Assembly (NCBI GenBank): GCA_951406725.2
Contig: OX597821.1
Span: 83,700,001 to 83,764,000, forward strand
Direction: 5' to 3'
Length of the DNA stretch: 64,000 bases
DNA from: Octopus vulgaris
Lineage: Eukaryota
Part shown: positions 1-13,721 of the stretch, piece by piece
Position numbering within the stretch: the stretch's first letter is position 1
Layout: each line of letters begins with the position of its first letter
The notes under the pieces: model-generated
Database searches by the model: none
What the model was told of the DNA's origin: nothing
Seen by the model: only the letters and a program-made list of their open reading frames with translations
Made by a program: the position numbers and the translations under genes

Positions 1-142
1 ACTAAAAATCGAAGATACCCGTCTGGTATGAATAATCCCAGACAAACCATATTCGACCGGCAGTACCAACGAATTCAAAAATACAAGTGAGGCCTCGCAT
101 TCATCCCCTTCCTCCCACGTGAGTTACAATATATATATATTG

Positions 143-185
<43 letters not shown>

Positions 186-186
<1 letters not shown>

Positions 187-378
187 GTGAGAATATGCAA
201 AACAAAAAAAGATGAAGATGGGTGTGTAAACAACAAACAGATATATTAGTTTAACATTCGGGAAGTGAGAAAGTCTTTTACATTTCGAGCCTATGCTCTT
301 CGTCAGAAAGGAGCACAGAAATAAACAGGGAGAGAAAATAGAAAGAGGTTTCGTGGCTAATGATCTATCATGGCGAAT
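186..378 (-). mobile_element. ~190-bp hammerhead-bearing non-autonomous element (family H1, Penelope pLTR/retrozyme-like)
   Basis: Flanked by (TA)n; homologous to 7704-7897, 51580-51760, 61572-61693, 63266-63478 and more distantly 35520-35716 and 16535-16720; contains the HHR at 275-310. Confidence 0.8.
275..310 (-). ncRNA. Minimal type I hammerhead ribozyme (canonical core)
   Basis: Minus strand CTTT-CTGACGA-A-GAGC atag GCTC-GAA-ATGT-A-AAAG: stem I CTTT/AAAG, 4-bp stem II, stem III ACGT palindrome decayed to ATGT. Confidence 0.8.
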
Positions 379-379
379 G

Positions 380-418
<39 letters not shown>

Positions 419-489
419 TACATCAGGTCATTAAGAATGAAATGTCTAATTTTCTTATGTACCAAGTTTGACAGTCGTTAACTTTAATG

Positions 490-660
490 GGACCTGGGAA
501 GCCAAGAGGCTGCACCAGGCCCCAATCTGATCTGGCAGTGTTTGTACAGCTGGATGCCCTTCCTAATGCCAACCACTCCGAGAGTGTAGTGGGTGCTTTT
601 TACATGCCACCGGCACAAGGAGCCAGAGGAGCTGGCATCGACCACGATTGGATGGTGCTT
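490..660 (-). mobile_element. SINE family D fragment ((GAT)n-tailed family)
   Basis: Matches 4205-4591, 7400-7612 and 17898-18222 in reverse orientation. Confidence 0.8.
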
Positions 661-979
661 TGTTCATGCTCTAGATATATAATGCACTTCAAGTCGGTTT
701 GTTGACATGGTTGACACCTCATACATGCACTTTCTTTTTGCATTCTGCCATTGAAAATAACCACTTCACTTCACTAAAAGAAAAAAAAACACCACCAATA
801 TTGTCACCTGACTGATCCAGCATCGCTCATTCACTGCAACATCTTCCATTTTGGGGACCAGTTGATTCATCTTTCAAAAGAGTCTCTGTGTGGTTTTTCC
901 AAGAATCAACAGTCAAATCTCTTGCAAATCACATTCTAACATTTTAAACAATGGAAAGTTATATACTATAATGTTGTCC

Positions 980-1150
980 TGTGGAGGTGTGTGGTTAAGT
1001 GGTTTGGGTGTTTCACTCATGATTGTAAGATTGTGGTTTCGATTCCTGGACCAGTCCATGCGTTGTGTTCCTGAGTAAAACACTTTATTTCACATTATTC
1101 CAGTCCACTCCACTGGTAAAGATGAGTAATTCAGTGACTGACCAGTGTTC
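980..1150 (+). mobile_element. tRNA-derived SINE family C
   Basis: A-box-like TGGTTAAGTGG and B-box-like GGTTTCGATTCC; homologous to 6085-6588, 14950-15182, 46068-46413, 61812-62105. Confidence 0.75.
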
Positions 1151-1234
1151 CATGCAGAGAGGAATTTATATGCCAGAGAAACTCCTTACTGAGTAATGTG
1201 AACTTAGCCCTTATAATGTTGTCCTAGATATATT

Positions 1235-1620
1235 CATCATCATCATCATTGTTTAATGTCCGCTTTCCATGCTAGCATGGGTTGAATGATTTGACTGAGG
1301 GCTGGCAAACCAGATGGCTGCACTAGGCTCCAATCTTGATCTGGCACAGTTTCTACAGCTGGATGTCCTTCCTAACGCCAACCACTCTGAGAGTGTAGTG
1401 GGTGCTTTTTACGTGCCAGTCAAGTGGTACTGGCAACGACCTTGCTCGAATCTTTTTACACATGTCACCAGCACAGGTGCTAGTAAGGCGACGCTGGTAA
1501 CGATCACGCTCGAATGGTGCCTTTTATGTGCCACTGGCATGGAAGCCAGTTAGCCACTCTGGCAACGATCATGCTTGGATGGTGCTCTTGGCACCCTACT
1601 AGCACGGGCACAAGTGCCTC
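1235..1620 (-). mobile_element. SINE family D
   Basis: (CAT)n tail plus conserved ccgctttccatgctagcatgggtt end and internal repeated ggtgc...tttta(c/t)gtgcca units. Confidence 0.8.
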
Positions 1621-2354
1621 AGAAAAACATGGGGTGGTCATACTAGAATATTTTTTATCATAGTTCTGTTTGATAATTGCTTAGGGCTGACCTGGGGCTA
1701 AAAACACAGTGACATGTAGCTTTCTAACTCATAGCAGATTATAACTTATCATCAACCTCTCTGTGTAGAATATAATTGTGTTTGGTCTAATTACAACCAA
1801 ATCTATCGACCCAAGTCTTTGGTGTTGTCTTTCCTCAAAATATTTATTGCAGTATTGTATTATGATATTGCATATATTGCAGTATTGCACTGCAATATTA
1901 CATGCATTGCACCGAAATCAATAGCATATTACAAAGATGCAATGTAAAGAAAGGCCTGGAGAGGAATTAATTATAGGCTGGAATGCAGTATGTGGCACTG
2001 GTGAATTCAAAACCTAATCTTCAACAACATGCTTCTGCTAATAATAATTGTTTTAGTTGTAGTAAAGTATAAAGATCTTGTACAGAAAATTAGAATTAAA
2101 TACGTGTTTTGTTGTCTTACACATTCAATATCTCTACATCTTAGACCGAATTTTGGCACCAGAAAAAAAAAATCCTTTAAAAAAATCTATGTGTATAATT
2201 AAATATAGGTTTGTTGCTTCTTGGAAATATTAATTTGAGTTACCTCTTATTATGAATATATTTGTTCATGTCTGAGTTGAAATTAAAGTAGAATCTTGAG
2301 ATAGATTTGGGTAAATGTTCTAAATTTTCAGAAGAGAAGAAGCAATCTTTTATT

Positions 2355-2722
2355 ATCATTCATCATCGTCGTCGTCGTCATCATCATCATCATCATCATC
2401 ATCATCACTGCCACTGCCACCACAGCTGCTGCTGCCATTGCCGCTGCTGTCCCCACTGTCATTGCCACTGCTGCTCCTGCTGCCACTGCCCGTACCACCA
2501 CCACCACCACCACCACCACCACCACCATCACCGCCGCCACCACCACCACCACCACCACCACCACCACCACCACCACCACCACCACCACCACCACCACCAC
2601 CACCACCACCACCAGCACCACCACCACCACCAGAACCACCACCATCACCATCACCACAACCACCACAGCCACCACCATTGCAGTTGCTGCAGACTCTGCC
2701 ACTGCCAACACCATCATCATTG
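2355..2722. repeat. Compound (CAT)n/(CAC)n trinucleotide microsatellite
   Basis: Directly visible; source of the poly-H/P/V/G ORFs. Confidence 0.95.
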
Positions 2723-3596
2723 TTATTATTTGATATCCACTTTCCCATATTTTCATGGGTCAGATGGAATTTGTTGAGTCAAATTTCTTATTGCCTGATA
2801 TCCATCCTGTCACCAGATGTCCTTTCTGATGCCAGATGTCCTTTCTGGTGCCAGATGTCCTTCCTGATGACAGATGTCCTTCTTGTGGTCGAACCTCACT
2901 TGTTTCTTCCAAGCAAGTTTGCATTTCCCCACAACCAGAAATGCTTTCCACAGAAGATTAGAAATTAACAACCTTGCTTATATGACACTAATGTTTATTT
3001 ACAGCCATCAAGTCATGTCCACAGAAGGGTATACGCACACACATGCATGCGAGTGCATGCATGCACACAGTACCCGTGTGGTGCCATGTAACCATGCCTG
3101 TGCTGTGTCATGTAAAAGCACCCATATGGCGTCACATAAAAGCGCTTGTTTGGTGCCACGTAAAAGCACCCAGCACACTCTGTAAAGTTGTTGGCGTTAG
3201 GAAGGGCATGCAGCTGTAGAAACCCTGCCAAATCAGACTGGCATCTGGTGCAACTCCCCAGCTTGCCAGCTCTGGTCAAACCGTCCAACCCATCCTGGCA
3301 TGGACGACAGGCATTAAATCATGATGATGATGATGATGATGATGATGATACACACACACACACGCGCGTGCACGCTAAAATTGAAAAGTGAGATTGAATG
3401 CTCAACACAGCATTGCTGGAAAAGTTGGTGGTGTTCTTATTGAAAATGGAGATTGGAGATGAGTACTAACATTTTGGTATGGCAAGCTTGATGATTGTTA
3501 AGAGATTCTCCTTCTCATGAAACCATTGGTAGCCTTGTGAACCCACAAAGTATATCAATGTTGTGTTGGGATAATGACGATGACTACGGACATACC

Positions 3597-3597
<1 letters not shown>

Positions 3598-3639
<42 letters not shown>

Positions 3640-3681
3640 CTATTTATCTATCTATCTATCTATCTATCCATCCATCCATCC

Positions 3682-3753
<72 letters not shown>
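3598..3753. repeat. (TATC)n microsatellite
   Basis: Directly visible. Confidence 0.95.
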
Positions 3754-3755
<2 letters not shown>

Positions 3756-3838
3756 ATACATATATAGTTTAAATAAAATGAGACAACAAAGCCAAAGCAG
3801 TGTGAGATTTCTAGGACATTTTATAAAGAGAAGGGGTA

Positions 3839-3886
3839 GTCTTACAGCTATTTCAAAGAAATAAAAGATATCCCATCATCAGAAAC
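3839..3886 (-). ncRNA. Type I hammerhead ribozyme motif (partly decayed)
   Basis: Minus strand GTTT-CTGATGA-TGGGATA tcttt TATTTCTTT-GAA-ATAGCTGT-A-AGAC; stem III is one change from the palindrome ACAGCTGT. Confidence 0.65.
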
Positions 3887-4204
3887 GATATGAGAGAGTT
3901 AAATAGAAGGAAATAGTAGGGTCCAATATAAGAAGTTATTTTGGAAAGGGAGAGATATAGGAAGTATAAAGGGAAGTATAAGAACAAAAATAAAGATATA
4001 TTTTGGATGTTAAACTTGCTGTTCCATTATCCAAGGAATGTGTTGTGTAGAATCGGCAAAAAGGCTTCTTGTCCATGTTATGTAAGTTCCGATCGGAGTT
4101 CAAATTTTGTTGTTGCAAATGGATAGTGTGCAGGTATTAATTCCATGTGATGTTCATTCAAAGGGATCTTGTAGTGTAAAAAGATCATATATATATATAT
4201 TATA

Positions 4205-4591
4205 TATGACCGAACGTGGCCGTTGCCCCAAACATGGCCATTGCCAGCGCTGCCCCGACTGGCCTCGTGCCGGTGGCACATAAAAAGCACCATCCAATCG
4301 TGGCCATTGCCAGCCTCGCCTGGCCCCCATGCCGGTGGCACGTAAAAAGCACCATCCGATCGAGGCCGATGCCAGACCCCCCCTGGCACCTGTGCCGGTG
4401 GCACGTAAAAAGCACCCACTACACTCACGGAGTGGTTGGCGTTAGGAAGGGCATCCAGCCGTAGAAACACTGCCAGATCAGACTGGGCCTGATGCAGCCT
4501 TCTGGCTGCACAGACCCCAGTTGAACCGTCCAACCCATGCTAGCATGGAAAACGGACGCTAAACGATGATGATGATGATGATGATGATGAT
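4205..4591 (+). mobile_element. SINE family D with internal tandem units and (GAT)n tail
   Basis: Three ggcac(a/g)taaaaagcacc units, conserved 3' end ccgtccaacccatgctagcatggaaaacggacg plus (GAT)n. Confidence 0.85.
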
Positions 4592-4888
4592 GGGCTTCTT
4601 TTAGTTTCTATTTACCAAATCCACTCAAGATTTTGGTTGGCGTGAGGCTTTAGTAGAGGATACTTGCTTAAGGTCCCATGCAGTGGGACTGAACCCAAAC
4701 CACTTGGCTGGAATTCAAAGCTTCTTAACAACACAACCACACCTTCACCATGCGTTCGTTCATGTGATATTAGGTTTCTATGAGGCCCTTTTTTAGCAGC
4801 TAGGATCGAAGGATCAAACTGGTTGGCTTCATTATTCTTGTGATGTATTGGGGTTCACTTATCTTGTGAATAGCATGATGCTTTACAT

Positions 4889-5881
4889 CAGGGGTCCTCA
4901 ACCATTTTTTTTTATCTATGGGTCTGTTTGACTACTGTCACATTAACTTGTGTAGGTTGAACTATGTAAAATGTTAGAGAAAAAAACCTAACTGTTTCAT
5001 GTAATATATATTTCTTTATCCACAAGGGGCTAAACATAGAGGGGACAAACAAAGATAGACAAAGGGATTAAGTCGATTACATCGACCCCCAGTGCAAAAC
5101 TGGTACTTTATTTATCGACCCCAAAAGGATGAAAGGCAAAGTCGACCTCATATACCAATACATACATCTAAAGCAGGGGTTCTCAACATTTTTTTATCTA
5201 TGAATCCCTTGGATTACTATTTCATTCTGGTGGACCCCAACAAACTAGTTTTATAGAAACTTCTTTCAAAATTCCTATTTTCTTTTCCTCACATTAACTT
5301 GTGTAGGTTGAAATCTTTTACTCTTTTACATATTTCAGTCATTTGACTGCAGCCATGCTGGAGCACCACCTTCAGTTGAGCAAATCGACCTCAGGACTTA
5401 TTCTTTGTAAGCCTAGTACTTATTCTATTGGTCTCTTTTGCTGAACCACTAAGTGACAGGGACACAAACACACCACCATCAGTTGTCAAGTGATGTTTGG
5501 TAGAAAGAGGGGGACAAACACAGACACGCATACATATATATGACAGGCTTCTTTCATTTTCTGTCTACCAAATCTACTCACAAGGCTTTGGTCAGCCCGA
5601 GGCTCTAGTTGAAGACATTTGCCCAAGGTGCCACGCAGTGGGAATGAACCTTGAACCATGTGGTTGGTAAGCAAGCTACATACCACACAGCCACTCCTGC
5701 GCCTATTAAACTATGTAAAATGTTAGTGAAAAAATCTTAGCTGTTTCTTGTAATACATACCAATACATGCATCTAAAGCAAAATTCTTTCAGGGCCCTTG
5801 GAATACTATTGTGGATCCCCAATTTGCTATTTTGTTACAGGACAGCCAAAATCTTATATGGAACTCTGTTGAGAACCACTG
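4889..5881. mobile_element. Probable hAT-type MITE with internal duplication and nested SINEs
   Basis: Ends CAGGGGTCCTCAAC / GTTGAGAACCACTG; imperfect 8-bp flanks CTTTACAT/ATTAACAT; left end repeated at 5174; SINE B (~5010-5150) and SINE A (5315-5706) inserted. Confidence 0.55.
5315..5706 (-). mobile_element. tRNA-derived SINE family A
   Basis: Head ggcgcaggagtggctgtgtggta and CR1/L2-like tail ccagcatggctgcagtcaaatgactgaaa; many full or partial copies in the window. Confidence 0.85.
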
Positions 5882-6084
5882 ATTAACATAATGGTACAAG
5901 GTTGACAACCTGACATAGATAATTAGAGCAATATGTGTGTGAGCATGTGTATATTTGTGACTCCTTATCTTGACTTTGCTTGATAGTAATAAATATGTGT
6001 CACTGTCTTCATTCAAGCGGTGTCATTCATTTTCAATATTCTGCAAAGAGATAAAAAAGAACATGTTGTTTTAAAAAAATAATA

Positions 6085-6588
6085 AATGTGCCCTTTTAAA
6101 GCCTAGCCAGGCTCATGGGCCCAGTTTCCTGGTTTCAATGGCATATGCATTCCCCAGCTGGACGGGACGCCAGTCCATCGCAGTGTTACCCATTTTTGTC
6201 AGCTGAGTGGACTGGAGCAATGTGAAATGAAGTGTTTTGCTCACAAACACAACGCATCACCCGGTCCAGGAATCGAAACCACAATCTTACGATCATGATA
6301 CTCACACCCTAACCACTTAGCCACACACCTCCACAAATAAATGCACCCTTTTTAAAGCCTAGCCAGGCTTATGGGCCCAGTTTTCTCGTTTCAAAGGTGT
6401 ATGTGTTCTTCAGTTGGACGGGACACCAGTCCATCACAGCATTACTCATTTTTGCCAACTGAGTAGACTTGAGCATCGTGAAATGAAGTGGTTTGCTCAA
6501 GAACACGTGTTGCCTGGTCAAGGAATCGAACCCACAATCTTACGATCATGATGCTGACACCCTAACCCCTAAGCCACGCGCCTCCACA
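6085..6588 (-). mobile_element. Tandem dimer of SINE family C
   Basis: Two consecutive ~255-bp homologous copies (6085-6335, 6345-6588). Confidence 0.8.
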
Positions 6589-7302
6589 GATGTTGTTTTA
6601 TATTATATTGCTTGGAAACAGGTTAGGGTTTGGCAACAGCCTTAAGAAACTCACACTGACCCATGGAAATGTAGAAAATAATGATGATGATGATGGTGGT
6701 GGTAGTGGTGACAATGATGATGATGATGATGATGATGACGATGATGGACATAGTTATATGTCTTTAATTTAGCTGTGAAAGTAAGTAATTTGGCCTGATT
6801 ACAGTGTTTTATGGCAGTGTTTGAAAGATATTGAGGAAGTGACGTGCAATGCAGTAGGATTGTATTCAGGGTGAGGTTTATCTCTTATTCCCTAATGGTC
6901 ACTGAATGCAGGCTTACACTCTGGCCCACACATTCCTATGAAAGCATTTGAAAATATTACCTATTCAGATCCTCTAATTGCTGTTAGGATTTCTCATTAA
7001 TTGCTGCAAATTGTGACCCACAGGAAAGACATGAGCAGAGAATGATGCCCAGAGGGTGATGTTGTAGAGAAGAAGGAGTGGAACAGAGAAGTTAGTGGTG
7101 GGGTCTGGGGGACATGACAAGGGTGATGGGACGAGGAGAGATGAATGAGTTAGGAGCGCCTGTGTGGGGGTGGCATGAGATGTGCCAACTGTGAGCAGAG
7201 GTCAATATAGTAGCAGAGGGAGGAGACAGTACAACCACTATGGGAAAGAGGCTGGAGTATATCTGGGAGTGGTTTTAGGCCAATCAATTCAATAGCTTAG
7301 AG

Positions 7303-7671
7303 CAGTTTTTTCGACCATTTTACCCTCGTGTAACCCTTAAAATAAATTACATGTCTCAAGGAACCCCTGCGCAAAAAAGAAATTATATATCATATCTTGC
7401 CCCGCCTGGCACCTGTGCAGGTGGCACGTAAAAAGCACCCACTACACTCATGGAGTGGTTGGCGTTAGGAAGGGCATCCAGCTGTAGAAACATTGCCAGA
7501 TTAGACTGGAGCCTGGTGCAGCCTTCTGGCTTCCCAGAACCCCGGTCGAACCGTCCAACCCATGCTAGCATGGAGAACGGACGTTAAACGACGATGATGA
7601 TGATGATGATGATCTTTCTCATATTTTTTTCATCGTGGTTAACATGGTAAATATCATAAATAAATAAATAA

Positions 7672-7708
<37 letters not shown>

Positions 7709-8146
7709 GAATCTACAATAAAATAAAAGACGAAGACAGGTGTGTAAACAACAAACAGATGTATTAATTTAATGCTCAGGAAGTGAGAAAGTCTTTTACA
7801 TTTCGAGCCTATGCTCTTTGACAGAAAGGAACACAGAAATAAACAGGGAGAGAAAATAGAAAAAGGTTTAGTGGCTAGCGATCTAGCACAGTGAATATCT
7901 ACATATATATAGGGTGTCCATAAATTATAGACATTGCTAAATATATCCCCAATGGTTGTTATATTTTTTGATAACATAATCGGTTAGATAGGATGATGTC
8001 TGTATTACAATATCACAATAACCAGTAATACGTTGTGAATGTATAGTAATGTTACGATCATGAAATTAGCATTAGCTTATCTCACTCTTTCTCACAGAAA
8101 CCCTAGGAACCTTAGGGTTCCAGGGAACCCCAGTTGTGAAACACTG
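7303..8146. mobile_element. hAT (Buster/Charlie-type) MITE with three nested insertions
   Basis: Perfect 8-bp TSD GCTTAGAG (7295-7302, 8147-8154) with central TA; CAG...CTG termini; contains SINE D, an H1 element and a Tc1/mariner-like end. Confidence 0.8.
7704..7897 (-). mobile_element. H1 hammerhead element (degenerate core CTGTCAA, motif 7793-7828)
   Basis: Near-identical to 186-378; TA flanks. Confidence 0.75.
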
Positions 8147-9177
8147 GCTTAGAGGGATTATAAAGGAATTTAAGATAAATTGGTATGGTAATGTTCTCTC
8201 TTAGCTGTGTAACTTGTAAGTGCACACACATCTTTTACAACTAACATGCCAATGGGGGAAGAAATGGTAACATACGTGGTTTCCAAAATGAAATCAAATT
8301 TTGTAATTGAAGGAATTAACTGTAGGCATGGCTATGTGGTAAGAGCCAACCAATGCCTTGTGAGTGACTTTGCTAGATGGAAATTGTGTAGAAGCCTATC
8401 ATGTGTGTGTGTGTGTGTGTTTGTGTTTGTCTTTCTCCTATTTGGCAATCAATGTCAGTTTTGTTTACATCCCATAACTTAGTGGTTCAGCAAAAAGAAC
8501 TGATAGAATAAGTAGCAGACTTAACAATATTTACTGGGGTCGATTTGTTCAACTAGAACCTTACAAGGCAATGCTCCAGCAAGGCAGCAGTCCAATAACT
8601 GAAATACAAAAAACACGAGATAAAAGGTAAAGATAATACACACTTAAAAATGGTGTGCATTTGCAAAGGTGCTCAACATGGCTTTTGATCAATGGTTACT
8701 TGCAAAGATATGCACATATTTTGCAAAGTAAGACAAAATTTGTGCAAACACAAATTTCTGCACACATCCACGATCAAAAATTAGTGGGAACTTTGAGTGA
8801 AAGTTAGGTTTAACTTTGATGCTACAAGGATATATAAAGTGTAACCAAATGCAGATATATTTGAGTTGGGCTGGTATTGGACAGATTGTGTTCGCCTAAG
8901 GTAGAAAAAGAAAAAGAGAAAATCAAAATTTATATTGATTTTTATCATAATTGATTTATATATGATCTATGTAAAAATCAATTCTGAAACAGTTAATGGT
9001 GGATAAAAGTTTTTTTTTTTTCAATATTTTATTTTAAATTTAAGATTGGACACAAGAAGTGTAAGCTGAGTACTTATTCTGTTGGTCTCTTTTGCTGAAC
9101 CACTAAGTTACAGGGACATAAACACACCAACATCAGTTACAAAGCAATGGTGGTGGGGAAAAACATAAACACAAAAC

Positions 9178-9223
<46 letters not shown>

Positions 9224-9594
9224 TGATCATGATCATGATCATCGTCATTTAACATCCGCTATATATTTATATATATTTATGTATATATATAATGAGCTTC
9301 TTTCAGTCTCTGTTGATCAAATCCACTCACAAGGCTTTGGTTGACCCAAGGCTACAGTAGAAAACACTTGCCCAAGGTGCCATGCAGTGGGACTGATCCC
9401 AGAACCGTGCGGCTGGTAAGCAAACTACTTACCACACAGCTGCTCCTGCACCTATAAATATATAGTAATAATAACAATAGTCCTTGAATGGAATTTATAA
9501 ACATTTAAGGCATCACTACACGTGTTTCCACAAACCACGTTGTCTCTTAAGATCACTGTCCGTATTCCTGGGATGATTACAGTGTAGTCTGTAG

Positions 9595-9645
<51 letters not shown>

Positions 9646-9646
9646 G

Positions 9647-9692
<46 letters not shown>

Positions 9693-10433
9693 CATGTATA
9701 TAAGGACCGTTTCACCGAAGTCGTGTCTCGCCTTTACCTTCCAAACGCGGAGTAGACGAAACAGGGACAACTGAAGAAGGGGATTTTTCCTTGTGTTGTA
9801 TGTCTTGTACCCTGTTTTTTCGATATTTAAAAAGATGTCTGTTTCCATAGTTCTGTTTTTATGTTTTCACTTCTCATTGTATTCAACGTTCTTTTGGTGT
9901 CCTGTACCTATATATGTATGTATATATATATATAGATGTAGGTACGTACATATATGTATGTATATATGCATATGTTTTATTTATTATTTTGTTATATATA
10001 TATATATATGTATGTAGGTATTTGTGTGTCTGTGTTTGTCCCCCCACCATCGCTTGATGCTGATGTTGATGTTGGTATGTTTACATCCCTGTAACTTTGC
10101 GGTTTGGCAAAAGAGACCAATTGAATAAGTACTACGGTTACAAAGAATAATTCCTGGGGTCGATTTGTTCGACTAAAGGTGGTGCTCCATCATGGCTGTA
10201 GTCAAATGACTGAAACAAGTAAAAGAATATATATATATACAACAGGCTTTCAGTTTCTCTCTACCAAATCAACTCACAAGGCTTTGGCTAGTCCGAGGTT
10301 ATAGCAGAAGGCACTTGCCCAAGGTGCCACACAATAGGACTGAACCCGGAGCCATGTGTTTGGGAAGCAAACTTCTTACCACACAACCATGTTGACTAAA
10401 GACACATATAACATACTTGGTCTTCCCTTCAAC

Positions 10434-10495
<62 letters not shown>

Positions 10496-10498
<3 letters not shown>

Positions 10499-10934
10499 TA
10501 GTTTTATTTTTATAGCGTGCTTTCACTTCACTACCGAGCGCAGCTCTGTGTGCCTTGGGTATGTGCTGTGATTTGTTGTGATGCTCTGATGGTTATTGTA
10601 TGGAAAGTGTTCTGCGTAGGATGTGTGCAGTGCCTAGTAGTGCAATTTTCTGTATGTTATATGTGTTTGTAAGTCCTGGTGTTTTTGTTATGTATTTGTC
10701 TGAATATTTTTTTATCATGCCTAATGCACCTACTATGATAGGAATTGTTTCTGTTTTTAGATTCCACATTCTGGTTACCTCTATTTCCAGGTCTTTGTAT
10801 TTTGAAAGTTTCTCCATTTCTTTTAGAGACACGTTGTCATCTGCCGGTATTGATACATCAATTAGAAAGCATTTTTTTCTTCATGATCTCTGACAACTAT
10901 ATCTGATCTGTTGGCCTTAATTTCTCTATCTCTG

Positions 10935-10937
<3 letters not shown>
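10496..10937 (-). mobile_element. 3' end of R4/Dong-clade non-LTR retrotransposon (RLE endonuclease) in a (TAA)n array
   Basis: IKANRSDIVV..KCFLIDVSIPADDNVSLKEMEKLSKYKDL..IPIIVGALG..IQKIALLGTAHILRR (PD-(D/E)xK-type RLE); (TTA)n on both sides. Confidence 0.85.
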
Positions 10938-10997
<60 letters not shown>

Positions 10998-11025
10998 CAT
11001 TATTATTATTATTATTATTATTATT

Positions 11026-11430
11026 TCAGTTTCTTTGTGAAAGGTCTTTTCTCCCACATCCTGTGACCTCTTAAGAAACTCTTTGTGTCACGTGCCTCCT
11101 CTTGTTCAGCTTATTTCGTAAGCAGAACAAGTGCTTGTGTTTAATCGGCAAAATATGACCATCCTCAAGTATAACAACATCTGTTTCAACACACAACTCC
11201 TCATCAAGAATCTTGCAATTATTATTATTATTATTTTAGTTTTTTTGTGAAAGCTCTTTTCTCCCACATCCTGTGATCTTAAGAAACTCTTTGTGTCACG
11301 TGCCTCCTCTTGTTCAGCTTATTCCGTAAGCAGAACAAGTGCTTGTGTTTAATCGGCAAAATATGACCATCCTCAAGTATAACAACATCTGTTTCAACAC
11401 ACAACTTCTCATCAAGAATCTTGCAAAATG
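11026..11430 (-). mobile_element. Tandemly duplicated probable R4-like 3' tail separated by (TTA)n
   Basis: ~190-bp direct repeat (11026-11218, 11237-11426), each abutting (TTA)n; weak RLE C-terminus-like translation. Confidence 0.5.
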
Positions 11431-11972
11431 AATACATAAACTTATATGTTTTATTCTACCAAATTCCACTTGCATTAGAAGAGGATTACCAAAGGTCCAA
11501 AGTACCAAGCAGTAAATCTAACCTAGAACTAAACTATTGCAAGACAAACTTCTTAACCACACAGCCATGCCTACCTTTCATCATAGGTCAACCTGGTCAG
11601 GACCAACCTGGGGCTAAACAATAAGAAGTATGTATGGAAATGTCTTTACATAAAAATAAAAATAAAAACTGCAGGAAAAATAAAAAGGAAAAATAAAAGG
11701 AAAAATAAAAACGAAAAATACTGATGATGATGATGATGATCATCATCATCATCATTATCATCATTTTCATTATCATCATTATGATATAGGTGGTGGTGGT
11801 GGTGGAGATGGTGTTTTTGCATCTGTATTATTGTTTGTATATCTTCAAAACAATCTAATTTAACCGAAGTACATCAGTATTCCTAGCCTTAAACTTCTCT
11901 ATCTATGATCAGCATTCGTGTTTTGGCGGGGGGTGAAATCTGTTCATTATCATTCTATCTGATACTAAACAG

Positions 11973-12005
<33 letters not shown>

Positions 12006-12325
12006 TATATTCAAAATCTCACACACACACACACATATATATATATATTCAAAAACTCACACACACGCACACACATACACCATGCACAACACATACACAC
12101 TTACATATATTTAAACATATACACACTTACACACATTATAACAAACATACACATTCCCATATGCATTCATACATTTTAAAATACAGAAAAATTAATTTGC
12201 TTACATGTACACACATGTTGATATACACCTGCATACCATATACTCACTCAAAGTATATTTTCGACAAATTTAGCCATCATATATATATGTATGTAAATGT
12301 ATGTATGTATGTATATATATATATG

Positions 12326-12405
<80 letters not shown>

Positions 12406-12416
12406 TATATACATAC

Positions 12417-12482
<66 letters not shown>

Positions 12483-12618
12483 GTATATATGTAGGTATGT
12501 ATGTATATAAACAATGTATATGCATTTTTATGTACACCTGCAAGCTTACAAATATAAACATTTGATCATGAAACACATGCACATGCACCTGCATGTATGC
12601 ATACACACGCACACGCGT

Positions 12619-12662
<44 letters not shown>

Positions 12663-12779
12663 CCCATAGCAGAGTATCTACACACCTCAACTTCAAAAAC
12701 TTATATTAACTCTAAATGGAAACACCATATGTATTTATAAATAAGCATCCTTAAACACACACACACTCACACACACACA

Positions 12780-12822
<43 letters not shown>

Positions 12823-13267
12823 ACACTCACACACTTACACTCACACACTTACACTCACATACTTACACACACACACACACACACAAAGATATATAATATT
12901 TTACATATCATCATCAACAGTATCCCCATTTAACGTCTGTTTTCCATGCTGGCATGGGTTGGACGTATGTTCACTAGAAATGCACCTGCAATCTACGAGC
13001 AAGCAGATACACCTTCCTTCATAAGTATATGCACACACGTCTATCTAGAAAAATATGCAGAAACTCACTCTGCTAAAAACTGCAAGCGAATTTCCCTTAA
13101 GCCACACCTTATTGTCATACTAAAAAGATGGACGTGTTAGATAATGTCCTCTTTGCTACATTGTGGCTAAATAAAAGACAAGGTCGTTATGCCTAGAATG
13201 ATTTCGTTCATAGGTGGACTAAATAAGAACTGAAATGGGGCTAAACGACATTTTCATTTATATCAGC

Positions 13268-13282
13268 ATCATCATCATCATC

Positions 13283-13314
<32 letters not shown>

Positions 13315-13333
13315 CATCATCATCACCACCATC

Positions 13334-13389
<56 letters not shown>

Positions 13390-13412
13390 TATCATCATCA
13401 TCGTTATCATCG

Positions 13413-13469
<57 letters not shown>

Positions 13470-13474
13470 CCACC

Positions 13475-13508
<34 letters not shown>

Positions 13509-13590
13509 TCACCACCATCATCATCATCATCATCATCATCGTCGTCGTCGTCGTCGTCGTCGTCGTCAATGTCGTTGTCATTGTTGTTTA
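13268..13590. repeat. (CAT)n/(CAC)n/(CGT)n microsatellite, expanded tail of a SINE D-like end
   Basis: Directly visible; followed by tttaatgtccgctttccatgctgg. Confidence 0.9.
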
Positions 13591-13721
13591 ATGTCCGCTT
13601 TCCATGCTGGTATGGATTGGATGGTTTGACATGGAGCTGGCTAGCAAAGAGCTATCCAGACTCCAACTGTCTGTTGTGGCATGGTTTCTATATATATTTT
13701 ATATATATATATTCTTATATT

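Noticed and set aside
2811-2883. 19-bp tandem repeat containing ctgatga
   Set aside because: Local slippage within a SINE-derived segment; no GAAA or stems.
2307-2968. Poly-His/Pro/Gly/Val ORFs, and the many YI/HT/CV/II ORFs across the window
   Set aside because: Translations of microsatellites that are open in several frames; no coding signal.
9705-9960. CTGAAGA/CTGATGA plus GAAA in the related elements at 9705-9960 and 16020-16340
   Set aside because: Could not build consistent stems around a complete core in either copy; probably a repeat family but not a supportable ribozyme.
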